A stretch of 32,000 nt of DNA from Blochmannia endosymbiont of Camponotus modoc (GCF_023585785.1 NZ_CP097765.1:750001-782000); one strand, 5' to 3'. Positions 1-11,874 are shown, numbered from the stretch's first letter. Numbers and translations: made by a program. Notes: generated by a model from the letters alone, not told the origin.

Positions 1-128
1 TTATGGGTATATTAAAATTAGAGTTATGTATATTAGGAGATATCTATGATTAACAATCAAAAGGATGCAAATTCAAATTGGGTAATGAATACATCTTAAC
101 TATGTTTTAAGAGAGTTTTTGTTGTTTA

Positions 129-168
129 CATCCGATTTTAAAAAATGTATTCATTTTAAAATCGGATG
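129..168. repeat. Perfect inverted repeat (hairpin): 15-bp arms catccgattttaaaa / ttttaaaatcggatg with a 10-nt loop. Possible terminator downstream of the tRNA-Val/tRNA-Lys operon.
   Basis: Arms 129-143 and 154-168 are exact reverse complements, read directly. The hairpin lies about 83 nt downstream of the tRNA-Lys 3' end on the minus strand. No clean U-tract follows on either strand. Confidence 0.5.
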
Positions 169-250
169 CTTCGGCTTAGAGGTAGTGGAGATTGAGTTGA
201 TTACCTAGCAATCGATAAAATTGTTAGTGTGATAGAAAATAAACAATTTT

Positions 251-323
251 TGGGTCGTGCAGGATTCGAACCTGCGACCAATTGATTAAAAGTCAACTGC
301 TCTACCTTCTGAGCTAACGACCC
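251..323 (-). tRNA. lysV: tRNA-Lys (anticodon UUU)
   Basis: The reverse complement reads gggtcgttagctcagaaggtagagcagttgacttttaatcaattggtcgcaggttcgaatcctgcacgaccca. It has a cloverleaf with anticodon loop cTTTTaa and is near-identical to E. coli tRNA-Lys. CCA is not encoded. Confidence 0.95.
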
Positions 324-347
324 TAATTAAAATTTAGAACGATAAAA

Positions 348-421
348 TAGGTGATGGCGGACTCGAACCGCCGACCCTCTCCTTGTAAGGGAGATGCTCT
401 GCCAAACTGAGCTAATCACCT
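348..421 (-). tRNA. valU: tRNA-Val (anticodon UAC)
   Basis: The reverse complement reads aggtgattagctcagtttggcagagcatctcccttacaaggagagggtcggcggttcgagtccgccatcaccta. The anticodon stem is tctcc/ggaga with loop cTTACaa. It closely resembles E. coli tRNA-Val(UAC), and the position next to tRNA-Lys and divergent from gltX matches E. coli. Confidence 0.93.
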
Positions 422-436
422 TTTCTGTTGAATTGC

Positions 437-464
437 ATTATATGGATTCATTGATACGAGTCAA
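437..464 (-). promoter_or_regulatory. Near-consensus sigma70 promoter for the tRNA-Val/tRNA-Lys operon
   Basis: On the minus strand, -35 is TTGACT (464..459), followed by a 16-nt spacer and -10 TATAAT (442..437). That leaves 15 nt from the -10 to the tRNA 5' end. An A/T-rich block (aaaaatctctatttttataaaaa) sits just upstream, like an UP element. Confidence 0.6.
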
Positions 465-584
465 TGGGTTTTTATAAAAATAGAGATTTTTTAATTGTAT
501 TTTATTAATGTGAAAATTAAATTTCATTTTGTATTGACTTAAATGAAAATTTAATGATTATCTACAGTCAGGTACTTAATTTTT

Positions 585-1991
585 ATGAATATTAAAACTC
601 GATTTGCACCCAGTCCTACAGGTTCTATACATATTGGAAATATTCGTACTGCTTTGTATTCTTGGTTGTTTGCTAGAAAGCAAGGTGGTAAATTTTTATT
701 ACGTATAGAAGATTCTGATTCGCAACGTTCTATAGATGATACAGTTGAGCTAATTGTTGCAGGGATGAATTGGCTTAGTTTAAATTGGGATGAAGGTCCT
801 TATTTTCAAACTGATAGGTTTAGTCGTTATAACAGTATAATAAGTTATATGATTCAACATGATATGGCTTATAAGTGTTATTGTTCATCAGAAAGATTAG
901 AATCATTGCGATCAAATCAAATAAAAAACGGAGAAAAACCTAAATATGATGGTTATTGTCGTTTTAAATCTACGGCTATACATAATTCTTCTATTAGTTC
1001 TTATGTGGTACGTTTTTGTAATCCTAAGGAAGGCGTAGTAATATTTAATGATCAAATCAGAGGTACAATTACATTTAATAACAAAGAATTAGATGATCTA
1101 ATTATTCGCCGAGCCGATGGTTCTCCAACATATAATTTTTGCGTTGTAATAGACGATATGGATATGCAAATTACTCATATCATACGAGGTGAAGAACATA
1201 TTAATAATACTCCGCGACAGATTAATATTTTAAAAGCATTGCGAGCTCCAATACCAACGTATGCTCATGTGTCAATGATATTAGATAAGAATTCAAAAAA
1301 ACTATCAAAACGCCGTGGAACATTGGGTATTATGCAATATCGTAATGATGGATTTCTCCCTGAAGCAATACTTAATTATTTAGTAAGATTGGGATGGTCG
1401 CATGGAGATCAAGAAATTTTTAGTATTGAAGAGATGATAAAATATTTTGATTTGAGTAGAATTAGTAAATCTCCTAGTATTTTAAATCTTGAAAAATTAC
1501 TTTGGTTGAATCATTATTATATTAATCATTTACCAATAGACTACGTAGCTTCACATTTATCATGGCATATGCATCAACAAAAAATCAATATACAAAATGG
1601 TCCAAAATTAACTGATATAATAAAATTATTTGCAAGACGTTCACGTACATTAAAAGAAATTGTAAATAATTGTCTATATTTTTATATAGATTTTGATTTA
1701 TTCGATAATAAGGTAGCTAAAGATTATTTAAAACCTATTGCGATAACACCATTAAAATTTTTAAGAAAAAAATTCAGTAATATAGTTGATTGGACGCCAG
1801 AGATTATTAAATCTATAATTATAGAAACCGTCAATGAATTTAATACTAGCATAGATAAAATAGGTATGCCACTTCGTGTAGCATTAACTGGAACGGATTG
1901 TTCTCCAACGCTCAGTATTACCATACATGCAATTGGTCAGTCTCGTGTATTAGAGCGCATTGATCAGGCTGTACGCTATATTTCAATATAG
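585..1991 (+). CDS. gltX: Glutamate--tRNA ligase (GluRS)
   Basis: The 468-aa ORF is collinear with E. coli GltX (471 aa). It carries the HIGH-type motif ([11 protein letters not shown]), the KLSKR (KMSKS) motif and the [11 protein letters not shown] block. Confidence 0.97.
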   Translation: MNIKTRFAPSPTGSIHIGNIRTALYSWLFARKQGGKFLLRIEDSDSQRSIDDTVELIVAGMNWLSLNWDEGPYFQTDRFSRYNSIISYMIQHDMAYKCYCSSERLESLRSNQIKNGEKPKYDGYCRFKSTAIHNSSISSYVVRFCNPKEGVVIFNDQIRGTITFNNKELDDLIIRRADGSPTYNFCVVIDDMDMQITHIIRGEEHINNTPRQINILKALRAPIPTYAHVSMILDKNSKKLSKRRGTLGIMQYRNDGFLPEAILNYLVRLGWSHGDQEIFSIEEMIKYFDLSRISKSPSILNLEKLLWLNHYYINHLPIDYVASHLSWHMHQQKINIQNGPKLTDIIKLFARRSRTLKEIVNNCLYFYIDFDLFDNKVAKDYLKPIAITPLKFLRKKFSNIVDWTPEIIKSIIIETVNEFNTSIDKIGMPLRVALTGTDCSPTLSITIHAIGQSRVLERIDQAVRYISI

Positions 1992-2176
1992 TATTAGATG
2001 GGAAATACAAAAAAATAATGACTGTTGTGCATATACTTATTTTTAATTCTTATGTTAAGGTTATATTGTCTATATATATAGCGTTTTAATAGTTATTGTT
2101 ATTCAACACAGGTGTAAAAATATCATCAGGATTATGATTGTATAGAACAGATGATAAAAAGGGGAGATTTATAAAT

Positions 2177-2249
<73 letters not shown>

Positions 2250-2263
2250 TTTATTTTCTTGAT

Positions 2264-2295
2264 AATATTATATGATTTTTAAATCACATAATATT
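2264..2295 (+). terminator. Hairpin downstream of tRNA-Ala, in the convergent gap with nupC
   Basis: Arms aatattatatgattt (2264-2278) and aaatcacataatatt (2281-2295) are complementary with one mismatch. T-rich runs follow (gtgtttttattttattttttg). The stem is AT-only, so its stability is modest. Confidence 0.35.
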
Positions 2296-2456
2296 AATGT
2301 GTGCGTGTTTTTATTTTATTTTTTGTTTTATGAGATTGTATTTTGCCTGTATTAAATAAAAAATTATATGCTACATGCAATTTAGATTATTAGCAGTTTT
2401 ATCTCTAAATAATATTAAAATATCTTGATTTATCATTTAATCGTTAGCAATAATCA

Positions 2457-3644
2457 TCATATAAGTAAACCAACTATTGAAGCAGATAGCATATTGATAA
2501 GCGTAGAGCTATATATTAGCTTAAATCCGAGATGTGAAATCATATTACCTTGTGTTTCATTAAGTCCTTTAATAGCACCTGCAATAATACCAATAGATGA
2601 GAAGTTAGAAAATGAAACTAAGAAAACTGATGCTATTCCTACAGTTTGAGGCGATAAATCATTAGAAATTGTTTGTAGGTTTATAATTGCAATAAATTCA
2701 TTAGAAATTAATTTAGTTGCCATAATACTGCTGACTGGTAGTATTTCATCAGTAGGTATACCCATAATCCAAGCACAAGGAAAGAAAATATATCCTAAAA
2801 TTTCTTGTAAAGATGTATTAAATAATATTTTAAATGTGAAATTAAGAGCGGAAATGAGCGCAATAAACCCTATCAACATTGCAGCAACAGTAACAGCTAT
2901 TTTAAATCCAATTAAAATATATTCTCCTATAATTTCAAAAATATTTTGGTTACTGATGTAAAAATCGGTGATGTCTAAATCTCTTTCTTTATCTACTACA
3001 TAAGGATTAAGTAATGATAATATGATAAAAGCACTAAACATATTTAATATTAATGCCGCTACAACATATTTTGGAGCTAGCATGGTCATATAGGCACCAA
3101 TTATAGAAAGAGATACTGTAGACATGGCAGTTGCCGCCATGGTATACATTCGTGGTGCAGGTATTTTTCCTATAATATTTTTATATACTATAAAATTTTC
3201 AGATTGCCCTAAGATCAATGAACTGACAGCATTGAAAGATTCTAACTTTCCCATGCCATTAATTTTAGATAAAATAGTTCCAATTATTCGAATAGAAAAT
3301 ATTAATACATGAGTATATTGTAAAATACCAATTAGCGCGGAAATAAAAATTATTGGACAAAGTATGTTTAAGAAAAAAGTAGCCAATCCCTGTGCATGCA
3401 TTCCTCCAAAGACAAAGTTTGTTCCTTCTGACGCAAAAATTAACAGTGTATTAAACAAAGTACATAATTTTCGTATAGAATTTGATCCTAATTGGGAATG
3501 TAAAATAAAATATCCAAATAAAATTTCTATTATTAATACTTGAAAAATAAAGCGTACACGAATGTTTTTTGGATTACTACTGGCAATTAGTGACAGAATT
3601 ATTATTGCAGTAAATCCTAAGATAAAATGAAAAATGCGAGACAC
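2457..3644 (-). CDS. nupC: NupC-family nucleoside:H+ symporter
   Basis: The 395-aa polytopic membrane ORF has an N-terminus ([10 protein letters not shown]...[17 protein letters not shown]...EGTNFVFG) that parallels E. coli NupC (400 aa). It sits in the syntenic position next to mntH. Confidence 0.9.
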   Translation of the reverse strand: MSRIFHFILGFTAIIILSLIASSNPKNIRVRFIFQVLIIEILFGYFILHSQLGSNSIRKLCTLFNTLLIFASEGTNFVFGGMHAQGLATFFLNILCPIIFISALIGILQYTHVLIFSIRIIGTILSKINGMGKLESFNAVSSLILGQSENFIVYKNIIGKIPAPRMYTMAATAMSTVSLSIIGAYMTMLAPKYVVAALILNMFSAFIILSLLNPYVVDKERDLDITDFYISNQNIFEIIGEYILIGFKIAVTVAAMLIGFIALISALNFTFKILFNTSLQEILGYIFFPCAWIMGIPTDEILPVSSIMATKLISNEFIAIINLQTISNDLSPQTVGIASVFLVSFSNFSSIGIIAGAIKGLNETQGNMISHLGFKLIYSSTLINMLSASIVGLLI

Positions 3645-3813
3645 AATCTTTACTCCAGCAATATTGTACAGAAATTATTTGTATTATTCTATATAAAATA
3701 GCAATTCAATAAAGTTATTTGTACATCTTGTAATTTAATGAAAACTCTATTTGCACGTTATGCATCGTATTTATTCAAAGATAATTAATGGATTTAAAAA
3801 AAATATAATTTAA

Positions 3814-3835
3814 AAAGTTAGCCTATGCTATACTT
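3814..3835. promoter_or_regulatory. MntR-box-like palindrome upstream of mntH
   Basis: The site aaagTTAGC-ctat-GCTAtactt compares with the E. coli mntH MntR operator AAACATAGC-AAAG-GCTATGTTT (recalled from memory). It has the same TAGC-N4-GCTA core and spacing, and 7/9 matches in each half-site. It lies 146 nt upstream of the preferred mntH ATG, and a TATACT -10-like hexamer (3829-3834) overlaps the right half. Confidence 0.35.
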
Positions 3836-3956
3836 ATTTGTATTCAAAAACGTAACCATCTATAGTGAAATTAGATCTTCATATTCGATCGCTAATTATA
3901 TATATCCATTATAGTACAATTACTTTATTTAATGTACATAAAATAAGCTCGAATAA

Positions 3957-5216
<1,260 letters not shown>

Positions 5217-5596
5217 TAAATCAATAAATTAATGTAGGTGATTGCTTTAAAAATTTTCTATTTTACCGTGTAGTGGTTTATTATGCGTGTTTTTATTATC
5301 ATTAGAATTTGTTTTAATTTAATCAAATAAAACGTTTTATAGATTTTTATATAGAGCTAAATATTAGTTATAAATTTTTGTCTCTATTTTAGAGAAAATA
5401 TATAATTATTAATTATTTAATTTTTTATAATTGTTTATATTTATGTGTTTATCACATAGATATATCTTACGATTATATATTATTGTATTTAATAGGAAGT
5501 TGTGATGTGAAAATGTCTATTTTAAAGTTGTAAATTTAACAGAAACAAGATTATGTTTAGTACTGTAATGCACTTATTTAAATGTATTTAATATCG

Positions 5597-5618
5597 AGTT
5601 ATATATGATTATATAACT
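5597..5618 (-). terminator. Small AT hairpin immediately downstream of tRNA-Arg
   Basis: The 9-bp stem agttatata / tatataact has a 4-nt loop and starts 4 nt beyond the tRNA 3' end on the minus strand. It is AT-only, and stems this short are expected by chance a few times per window. Confidence 0.2.
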
Positions 5619-5621
5619 GTG

Positions 5622-5693
5622 TGTCTTCGACAGGAATCGAACCTGTAATTAGCCTTTAGGAGAGGCTCGTTATATCCTTTTAACTACGAAGAC
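5622..5693 (-). tRNA. argW: tRNA-Arg (anticodon CCU)
   Basis: The reverse complement reads gtcttcgtagttaaaaggatataacgagcctCTCCTAAaggctaattacaggttcgattcctgtcgaagaca. The anticodon stem is agcct/aggct with loop cuCCUaa. It closely matches E. coli argW. Confidence 0.93.
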
Positions 5694-5789
5694 CTGTTAA
5701 TTATACATTCAAATTATTATTACATTCCAATAAACATAAATCTATGTATGTTATTTGTACGTTTTTTTTGGATACTGCAAAATGATAGA

Positions 5790-5809
5790 TGTCTTTATAT
5801 ATAAAGACA
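5790..5809. repeat. Perfect 20-bp palindrome tgtctttata|tataaagaca
   Basis: Read directly from the sequence. It lies in the spacer between the aroC 3' end (6005) and the argW 5' end (5693). Confidence 0.5.
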
Positions 5810-6004
5810 GATATCTGTGTGCATAGAACTGTTTCAAAATGTAAAATTTGTTAAAAAATGATTTTATTGATTTAATATAGATAACATTATATCTACTTAT
5901 GATTTGATTTTTGCATGCATAATTGTAAAGATATTGCGCGTGGTTTTTAGTAAACATACATGTGTTTATTTTTTAGTTTAACCCTATATTTTATTTTTAG
6001 ATTA

Positions 6005-7069
6005 TTATATTTTTTCACATTGTGCGCGTTGTCTAAGTAGATGATCCATTACAACAATTGCCACCATAGCTTCTGCTATGGGTACTACTCTAATTCCTAT
6101 GCAAGGATCATGTCGTCCTATAGTAATTACGTGTGTTTCTTCATTTTCACGTGTAATAGTTTTTCCTGGTACTGTTATGCTTGAGGTTGGTTTAATAGCT
6201 ATATGCATGATTATTGGTTGACCATTGCTAATTCCTCCTAATATTCCTCCGGCATTATTGCTGTTAAATCCATCTAATGTCATTTCGTCTCGATGTTCGC
6301 TACCACGTTTAGTAACAACTGAAAATCCATCCCCAATTTCTACGCCTTTTACTGCATTAATACTCATCAATGCATGAGCTAAATCAGCATCAAGTCGATC
6401 GAATACAGGTTCACCTAAACCAATTGGTACATTTTCTGCTATTATTGTTATTTTTGCGCCAATAGAGTCTCCAGATTTTTGTAAATTATTTATTAATGTA
6501 TCTAATGCAGTTAATTGTTCAATATCAGGGCAAAAAAATGGATTGTTATTGACTTGCCGCCAATCTTTTAAATTACAATGAATATCGCCCATTTGTGCTA
6601 AGAATCCACGAATTTTTATATTTTTTTTATTAAATAGATATTTTTTAGCAACAGCTCCTGCTGCTACTCGTACTGCTGTTTCACGCGCTGAAGAACGTCC
6701 TCCGCCACGGTAATCTCTAAAACCATATTTTTTTTCATAAGTATAATCAGCATGTCCAGGTCGGTATAGATTTTTTATTTTTTCGTAATCTTGAGGCCGA
6801 TGATCAGTATTTTTAATGATTAATCCTATACTAGTGCCCGTTGTTTTTCCATTAAAGACACCAGATACAATTTCTACCGTATCTAATTCTGATCGCTGAC
6901 TAGTATAACTAGAAGAACCCGGACGTCTACGATCTAAATCGTATTGTAGATCTTTTTCTGCTAAAGGAAGGCTTGGCGGTACTCCATCAACAATACCACC
7001 TAATGCAGATCCATGTGATTCTCCAAATGTTGTAACTCTAAAAAATTGCCCAATACTATTCCCAGCCAT
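6005..7069 (-). CDS. aroC: Chorismate synthase
   Basis: The 354-aa ORF is collinear with E. coli AroC (361 aa), with [20 protein letters not shown] and GRHDPC motifs. A GAGGA Shine-Dalgarno lies 8 nt upstream of the ATG. Confidence 0.97.
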   Translation of the reverse strand: MAGNSIGQFFRVTTFGESHGSALGGIVDGVPPSLPLAEKDLQYDLDRRRPGSSSYTSQRSELDTVEIVSGVFNGKTTGTSIGLIIKNTDHRPQDYEKIKNLYRPGHADYTYEKKYGFRDYRGGGRSSARETAVRVAAGAVAKKYLFNKKNIKIRGFLAQMGDIHCNLKDWRQVNNNPFFCPDIEQLTALDTLINNLQKSGDSIGAKITIIAENVPIGLGEPVFDRLDADLAHALMSINAVKGVEIGDGFSVVTKRGSEHRDEMTLDGFNSNNAGGILGGISNGQPIIMHIAIKPTSSITVPGKTITRENEETHVITIGRHDPCIGIRVVPIAEAMVAIVVMDHLLRQRAQCEKI

Positions 7070-7093
7070 TATTAAAATTTCCTCAATTGTTGA

Positions 7094-8008
7094 CTATTCA
7101 GTGTTGTTAAAAGATAATAATTGCTTATAAGTTAACATAAATACGCCTTTTCCTCCGTTAGAAAGACGCAACCAACGAAATGGTATATTTGGATAACGTT
7201 TTATTAATGCCATTTTAGTACTACCTACTTCGCATATTAAAGTTCCGTTTGTATTTAAATGATGCATAACGTTCATTAATATTTTTTGAATTATTTTTAA
7301 TCCATCATTATCTGCAGATAATGATATCACAGGTTCATAATGAAATTCTTTCGGTAATTTATATATATCCGAATTCTTTACATAAGGAGGGTTAGTTATG
7401 ATTAGATCGTATTTTAATTGTGGCAAATTGCTAAATAAATCGGAATGAATAGGGAAAACACGATGTTCTAAATTATATAGTTTTATATTGTGTTCAGCTA
7501 CTTTTAATGCATCGATAGAAATATCTACTGCATCTATTTCGGATTTTTGGTAAACCGTAGCTATTGCAACAGCGATACATCCGCTGCCAGTGCCTATATC
7601 AAGAATACGATATGGGTAATGGGGTAACAGATCATTAAAACATGATGTAATTAGCTCTCCAATTGGAGAGCGAGGAATAAACACTCGTTTATCTACGTAA
7701 AACTTTAAACCACAAAACCATGCTTGATAAGTTAAGTAAGGGACTGGTATGCGTTTATTGATGCGATAGTTAACTAACTTGATTATCTTAGAGCGCTCGC
7801 TAGAGGTTAAACGAGCTTGATATATTTGGGTTGGAATATTTATAGGCAAATATAAACTAGGTAGTATTAAATGTAATGTTTCGTCCCAAAAATTATTAGT
7901 ACCATGTCCATAAAAAATTGGGTTAGCATTAAATTGACTACTACTCCAACGTAATATGTCTAATATAGTATGAATTTCTGGCAGTGTTTCCTTAGTTATT
8001 TTCTTCAT
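7094..8008 (-). CDS. prmB: Ribosomal protein uL3 glutamine N5-methyltransferase
   Basis: The 304-aa ORF is collinear with E. coli PrmB/YfcB (310 aa). It has a SAM-binding GTGSGCIA motif and the catalytic NPPY motif (ITNPPYV). It ends 24 bp upstream of aroC on the same strand. Confidence 0.93.
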   Translation of the reverse strand: MKKITKETLPEIHTILDILRWSSSQFNANPIFYGHGTNNFWDETLHLILPSLYLPINIPTQIYQARLTSSERSKIIKLVNYRINKRIPVPYLTYQAWFCGLKFYVDKRVFIPRSPIGELITSCFNDLLPHYPYRILDIGTGSGCIAVAIATVYQKSEIDAVDISIDALKVAEHNIKLYNLEHRVFPIHSDLFSNLPQLKYDLIITNPPYVKNSDIYKLPKEFHYEPVISLSADNDGLKIIQKILMNVMHHLNTNGTLICEVGSTKMALIKRYPNIPFRWLRLSNGGKGVFMLTYKQLLSFNNTE

Positions 8009-8807
8009 AGATTGTAATTCCTGTGATTATATTCATATACGGATTTTATAAAGTTATTGTGTTCGAGAGTGTAATTTGTTTTATAATTAAAAATTAAAGT
8101 ATTATATATTTGTAATATATGTACAAATAGTGATATTGGTGTTATAGCTAATTTAATAAATGTATAATATGAGAATGGTTATCATGTAATGACGTATTAG
8201 TGTTTATTGACTGTATATATAGATATTTTATATATGATTTTGTACTTTGTTGTAGTTATATGTTGATTTTAATTTATTAAACTTACTAATTTTATGCATA
8301 TGCAATACAATTGCATTAAATGCGCTTTGTAATTAATACAATATTTTGGTTTAAAATCAGTACTAGTTGTAAATATATGTTTATGTTTCTAGTGAACTAT
8401 CATTGTTGTGTTTATATTTTCCATAAATGTGTTACGATTTTTTTTGTTCTATGAGATGTAGTGTTATTTATTTTGAAACAGTATACTTTGATGATTAAAT
8501 CACATTATATATAATTATATTAGTATACGTTTGATACTATCATATATTATAACGGTATAAATAATTATTAGATCGTAAAATAATACAGTTTTTGTAGTTG
8601 GATTACAATTTAAGGGGATATATCCTGAAGATCAATAGAATATTCTTTTAAATATTTATATAAGTAATGGTTTGGTTTTTAAATTATTGAGTTCTTTCTT
8701 ATGTTAATAATTTTTACCGTACGATTTAACATTTTAAGTAGATATGTTTAGGTTTAGTACGATTTTGATATTACAAAACATTATTATCATGAGGGTATAT
8801 AAAAAAA

Positions 8808-10022
8808 ATGAAACGCGCTGTTATCACTGGTTTAGGGATTATATCAAGTATTGGAAATAATCAGAATGAAGTTTTGGTTTCTTTAAAAAATGGTAAATCT
8901 GGGGTCACTTTTTCTCAAGAATTAGAAGAATCTGGAATGCGTAGTCATGTTTGGGGTAATATTAAACTTAATACATCAGGATTAATTGATCGTAAGATTG
9001 CTCGCTTTATGAGTGATGCATCTATTTATACTTATTTATCTATGGAACAGGCCATAATAGATTCTGGATTGTCTGAAGGTATGGTTTCTAATGATCAAAC
9101 AGGATTGATTGTCGGATCTGGAGGGGGATCTCCACGTAATCAAGTTTCTGGATCTAATGGAATGCGTTTGCGTGGTTTGAGAGGAGTGGGTCCTTATATG
9201 GTAACTAAATCTATGGCTTCAGGTGTATCAGCATGCTTGGCTACTTCTTTTAAAATTCGTGGGGTCAGTTATTCTATTAGCTCCGCTTGTTCTACATCTA
9301 CACATTGTATCGGAAATGCGGTTGAATTAATTCAATCAGGAAAACAATCTATTATTTTTGCTGGAGGCGGAGAGGAATTATGTTGGGAAATGGCTTGTGA
9401 ATTTGATGCTATGGGCGCCTTATCTACGAAGTATAATACGACACCAGAGAGAGCATCTCGTCCTTATGACATTAATAGAGATGGATTCGTAATTGCGGGA
9501 GGCGGAGGGATAGTTGTAATAGAAGAGTTAACGCATGCTTTAAGTCGTGGAGCTTATATTTATGCAGAAATTGTTGGGTATGGAGCTACGTCTGATGGAT
9601 GTGACATGGTTGCTCCTTCTGGAGAAGGAGCAATTCGATGCATGAAAATGGCATTAAGAAATGTTGGAGGTTCGATAGATTATCTTAATGTGCACGGTAC
9701 ATCAACTCAAATAGGTGATATTAAAGAAATTTGGGCTATTCGTGAAATTTTTGGTGATCAACATCCTTCTTTTTCTTCTACTAAGTCAATGACCGGCCAT
9801 TCATTAGGTGCCGCTGGAGTTCATGAAACTATTTTTACTTTATTAATGTTAAAACATAATTTTATCGCTCCAAGTATTAATATCGATCATTTAGATCCAT
9901 ATATGAAAAACATGAAAATTATTGTTAATAATTCTGTTTATCGTAAATTGAAAACAGCCATGACTAATAGTTTTGGGTTCGGAGGAACAAATGCTACATT
10001 AATTATGAGTAAATATTCCTGA
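8808..10022 (+). CDS. fabB: 3-oxoacyl-ACP synthase I (KAS I)
   Basis: The 404-aa ORF is very similar to E. coli FabB ([17 protein letters not shown]...; active-site SSACSTS; HGTST; [12 protein letters not shown]). Confidence 0.97.
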   Translation: MKRAVITGLGIISSIGNNQNEVLVSLKNGKSGVTFSQELEESGMRSHVWGNIKLNTSGLIDRKIARFMSDASIYTYLSMEQAIIDSGLSEGMVSNDQTGLIVGSGGGSPRNQVSGSNGMRLRGLRGVGPYMVTKSMASGVSACLATSFKIRGVSYSISSACSTSTHCIGNAVELIQSGKQSIIFAGGGEELCWEMACEFDAMGALSTKYNTTPERASRPYDINRDGFVIAGGGGIVVIEELTHALSRGAYIYAEIVGYGATSDGCDMVAPSGEGAIRCMKMALRNVGGSIDYLNVHGTSTQIGDIKEIWAIREIFGDQHPSFSSTKSMTGHSLGAAGVHETIFTLLMLKHNFIAPSINIDHLDPYMKNMKIIVNNSVYRKLKTAMTNSFGFGGTNATLIMSKYS

Positions 10023-10062
10023 ATGTTTTGTCAATATTTTGGTTATATAAGATTTAGTGCCG

Positions 10063-10096
10063 TACATTGTATTTTATGTGTATAAAATACAATGTA
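10063..10096 (+). terminator. Perfect 15-bp stem / 4-nt loop hairpin 41 nt after the fabB stop
   Basis: Arms tacattgtattttat (10063-10077) and ataaaatacaatgta (10082-10096) are exact reverse complements around the loop gtgt. There is no canonical U-tract; the next bases are taattgtaaatg. Confidence 0.45.
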
Positions 10097-10228
10097 TAAT
10101 TGTAAATGTGTATGTTCAGGGATGTTGAGGTTTAAACTTATATTACATTTATATGATCGGATATGACGAATCATGCAAGCGTGGTGAGTAGTTATTATGA
10201 TTATTTTAATTTTTGCATAATATAGTAA

Positions 10229-11371
<1,143 letters not shown>

Positions 11372-11874
11372 AATTATATTTGTGTATGTGTTGTATTGCA
11401 TCTATGTTTACTAGTTTTGGATTGTAATGCATATTGAGTGGGTTATGACTGTATTTTTTTAGGGTAAAGAGTTTTTGTATTATACAAGCATTTTTTAAGG
11501 ATTATTGTGTGTATGTGTTGAAAAGTGTTTTATGTACAATTTATTCTGAGTTAGGTATATCTATTTTTATATATAGTAGATAAGCGTTCATATTTTTTGT
11601 TGATAAAAGAATGACATGTAGTATATGGATTTTCCCATTAACAGTTATTACGTGTTGATTTTACGATATTTTTTATCTTTTGAAGATATAGATTATGAAC
11701 CCATTGTGCTTTGCGGTTCCATTTTCATTGAATTTAATTAGCTTGTGTTTTATGTGTATGCATTGTTTTGTTAATATAAAATATCAGTTATGTATCTTTA
11801 TATTTAATTGGAACTCATGTAAACAGTATTAATCTCATATAGATTCATCATATATTTATAAAAGTTATAGTGTA

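Noticed and set aside
3780-3798. Fur-box-like sequence gataattaatggatttaaa upstream of mntH, considered as a stand-alone regulatory call.
   Set aside because: It matches the consensus at only about 11/19, and the consensus is itself AT-rich, so it is not distinguishable from background here. I kept it only as context for the MntR-like palindrome.
5751-5957. 68-aa minus-strand ORF in the argW-aroC spacer.
   Set aside because: It has no Shine-Dalgarno, an extreme K/I/Y/N-rich composition typical of translated AT-rich spacer, and no recognisable motif.
11381-11520. Exact 13-mer direct repeat tgtgtatgtgttg (11381-11393 and 11508-11520) as a possible repeat element. The shared 14-mer tgcgtgtttttatt at about 2304 and about 5285 was also considered.
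   Set aside because: By my rough estimate, tens of exact 13-14-mer coincidences are expected in 32 kb at this base composition. There is no flanking extension of similarity and no array structure.
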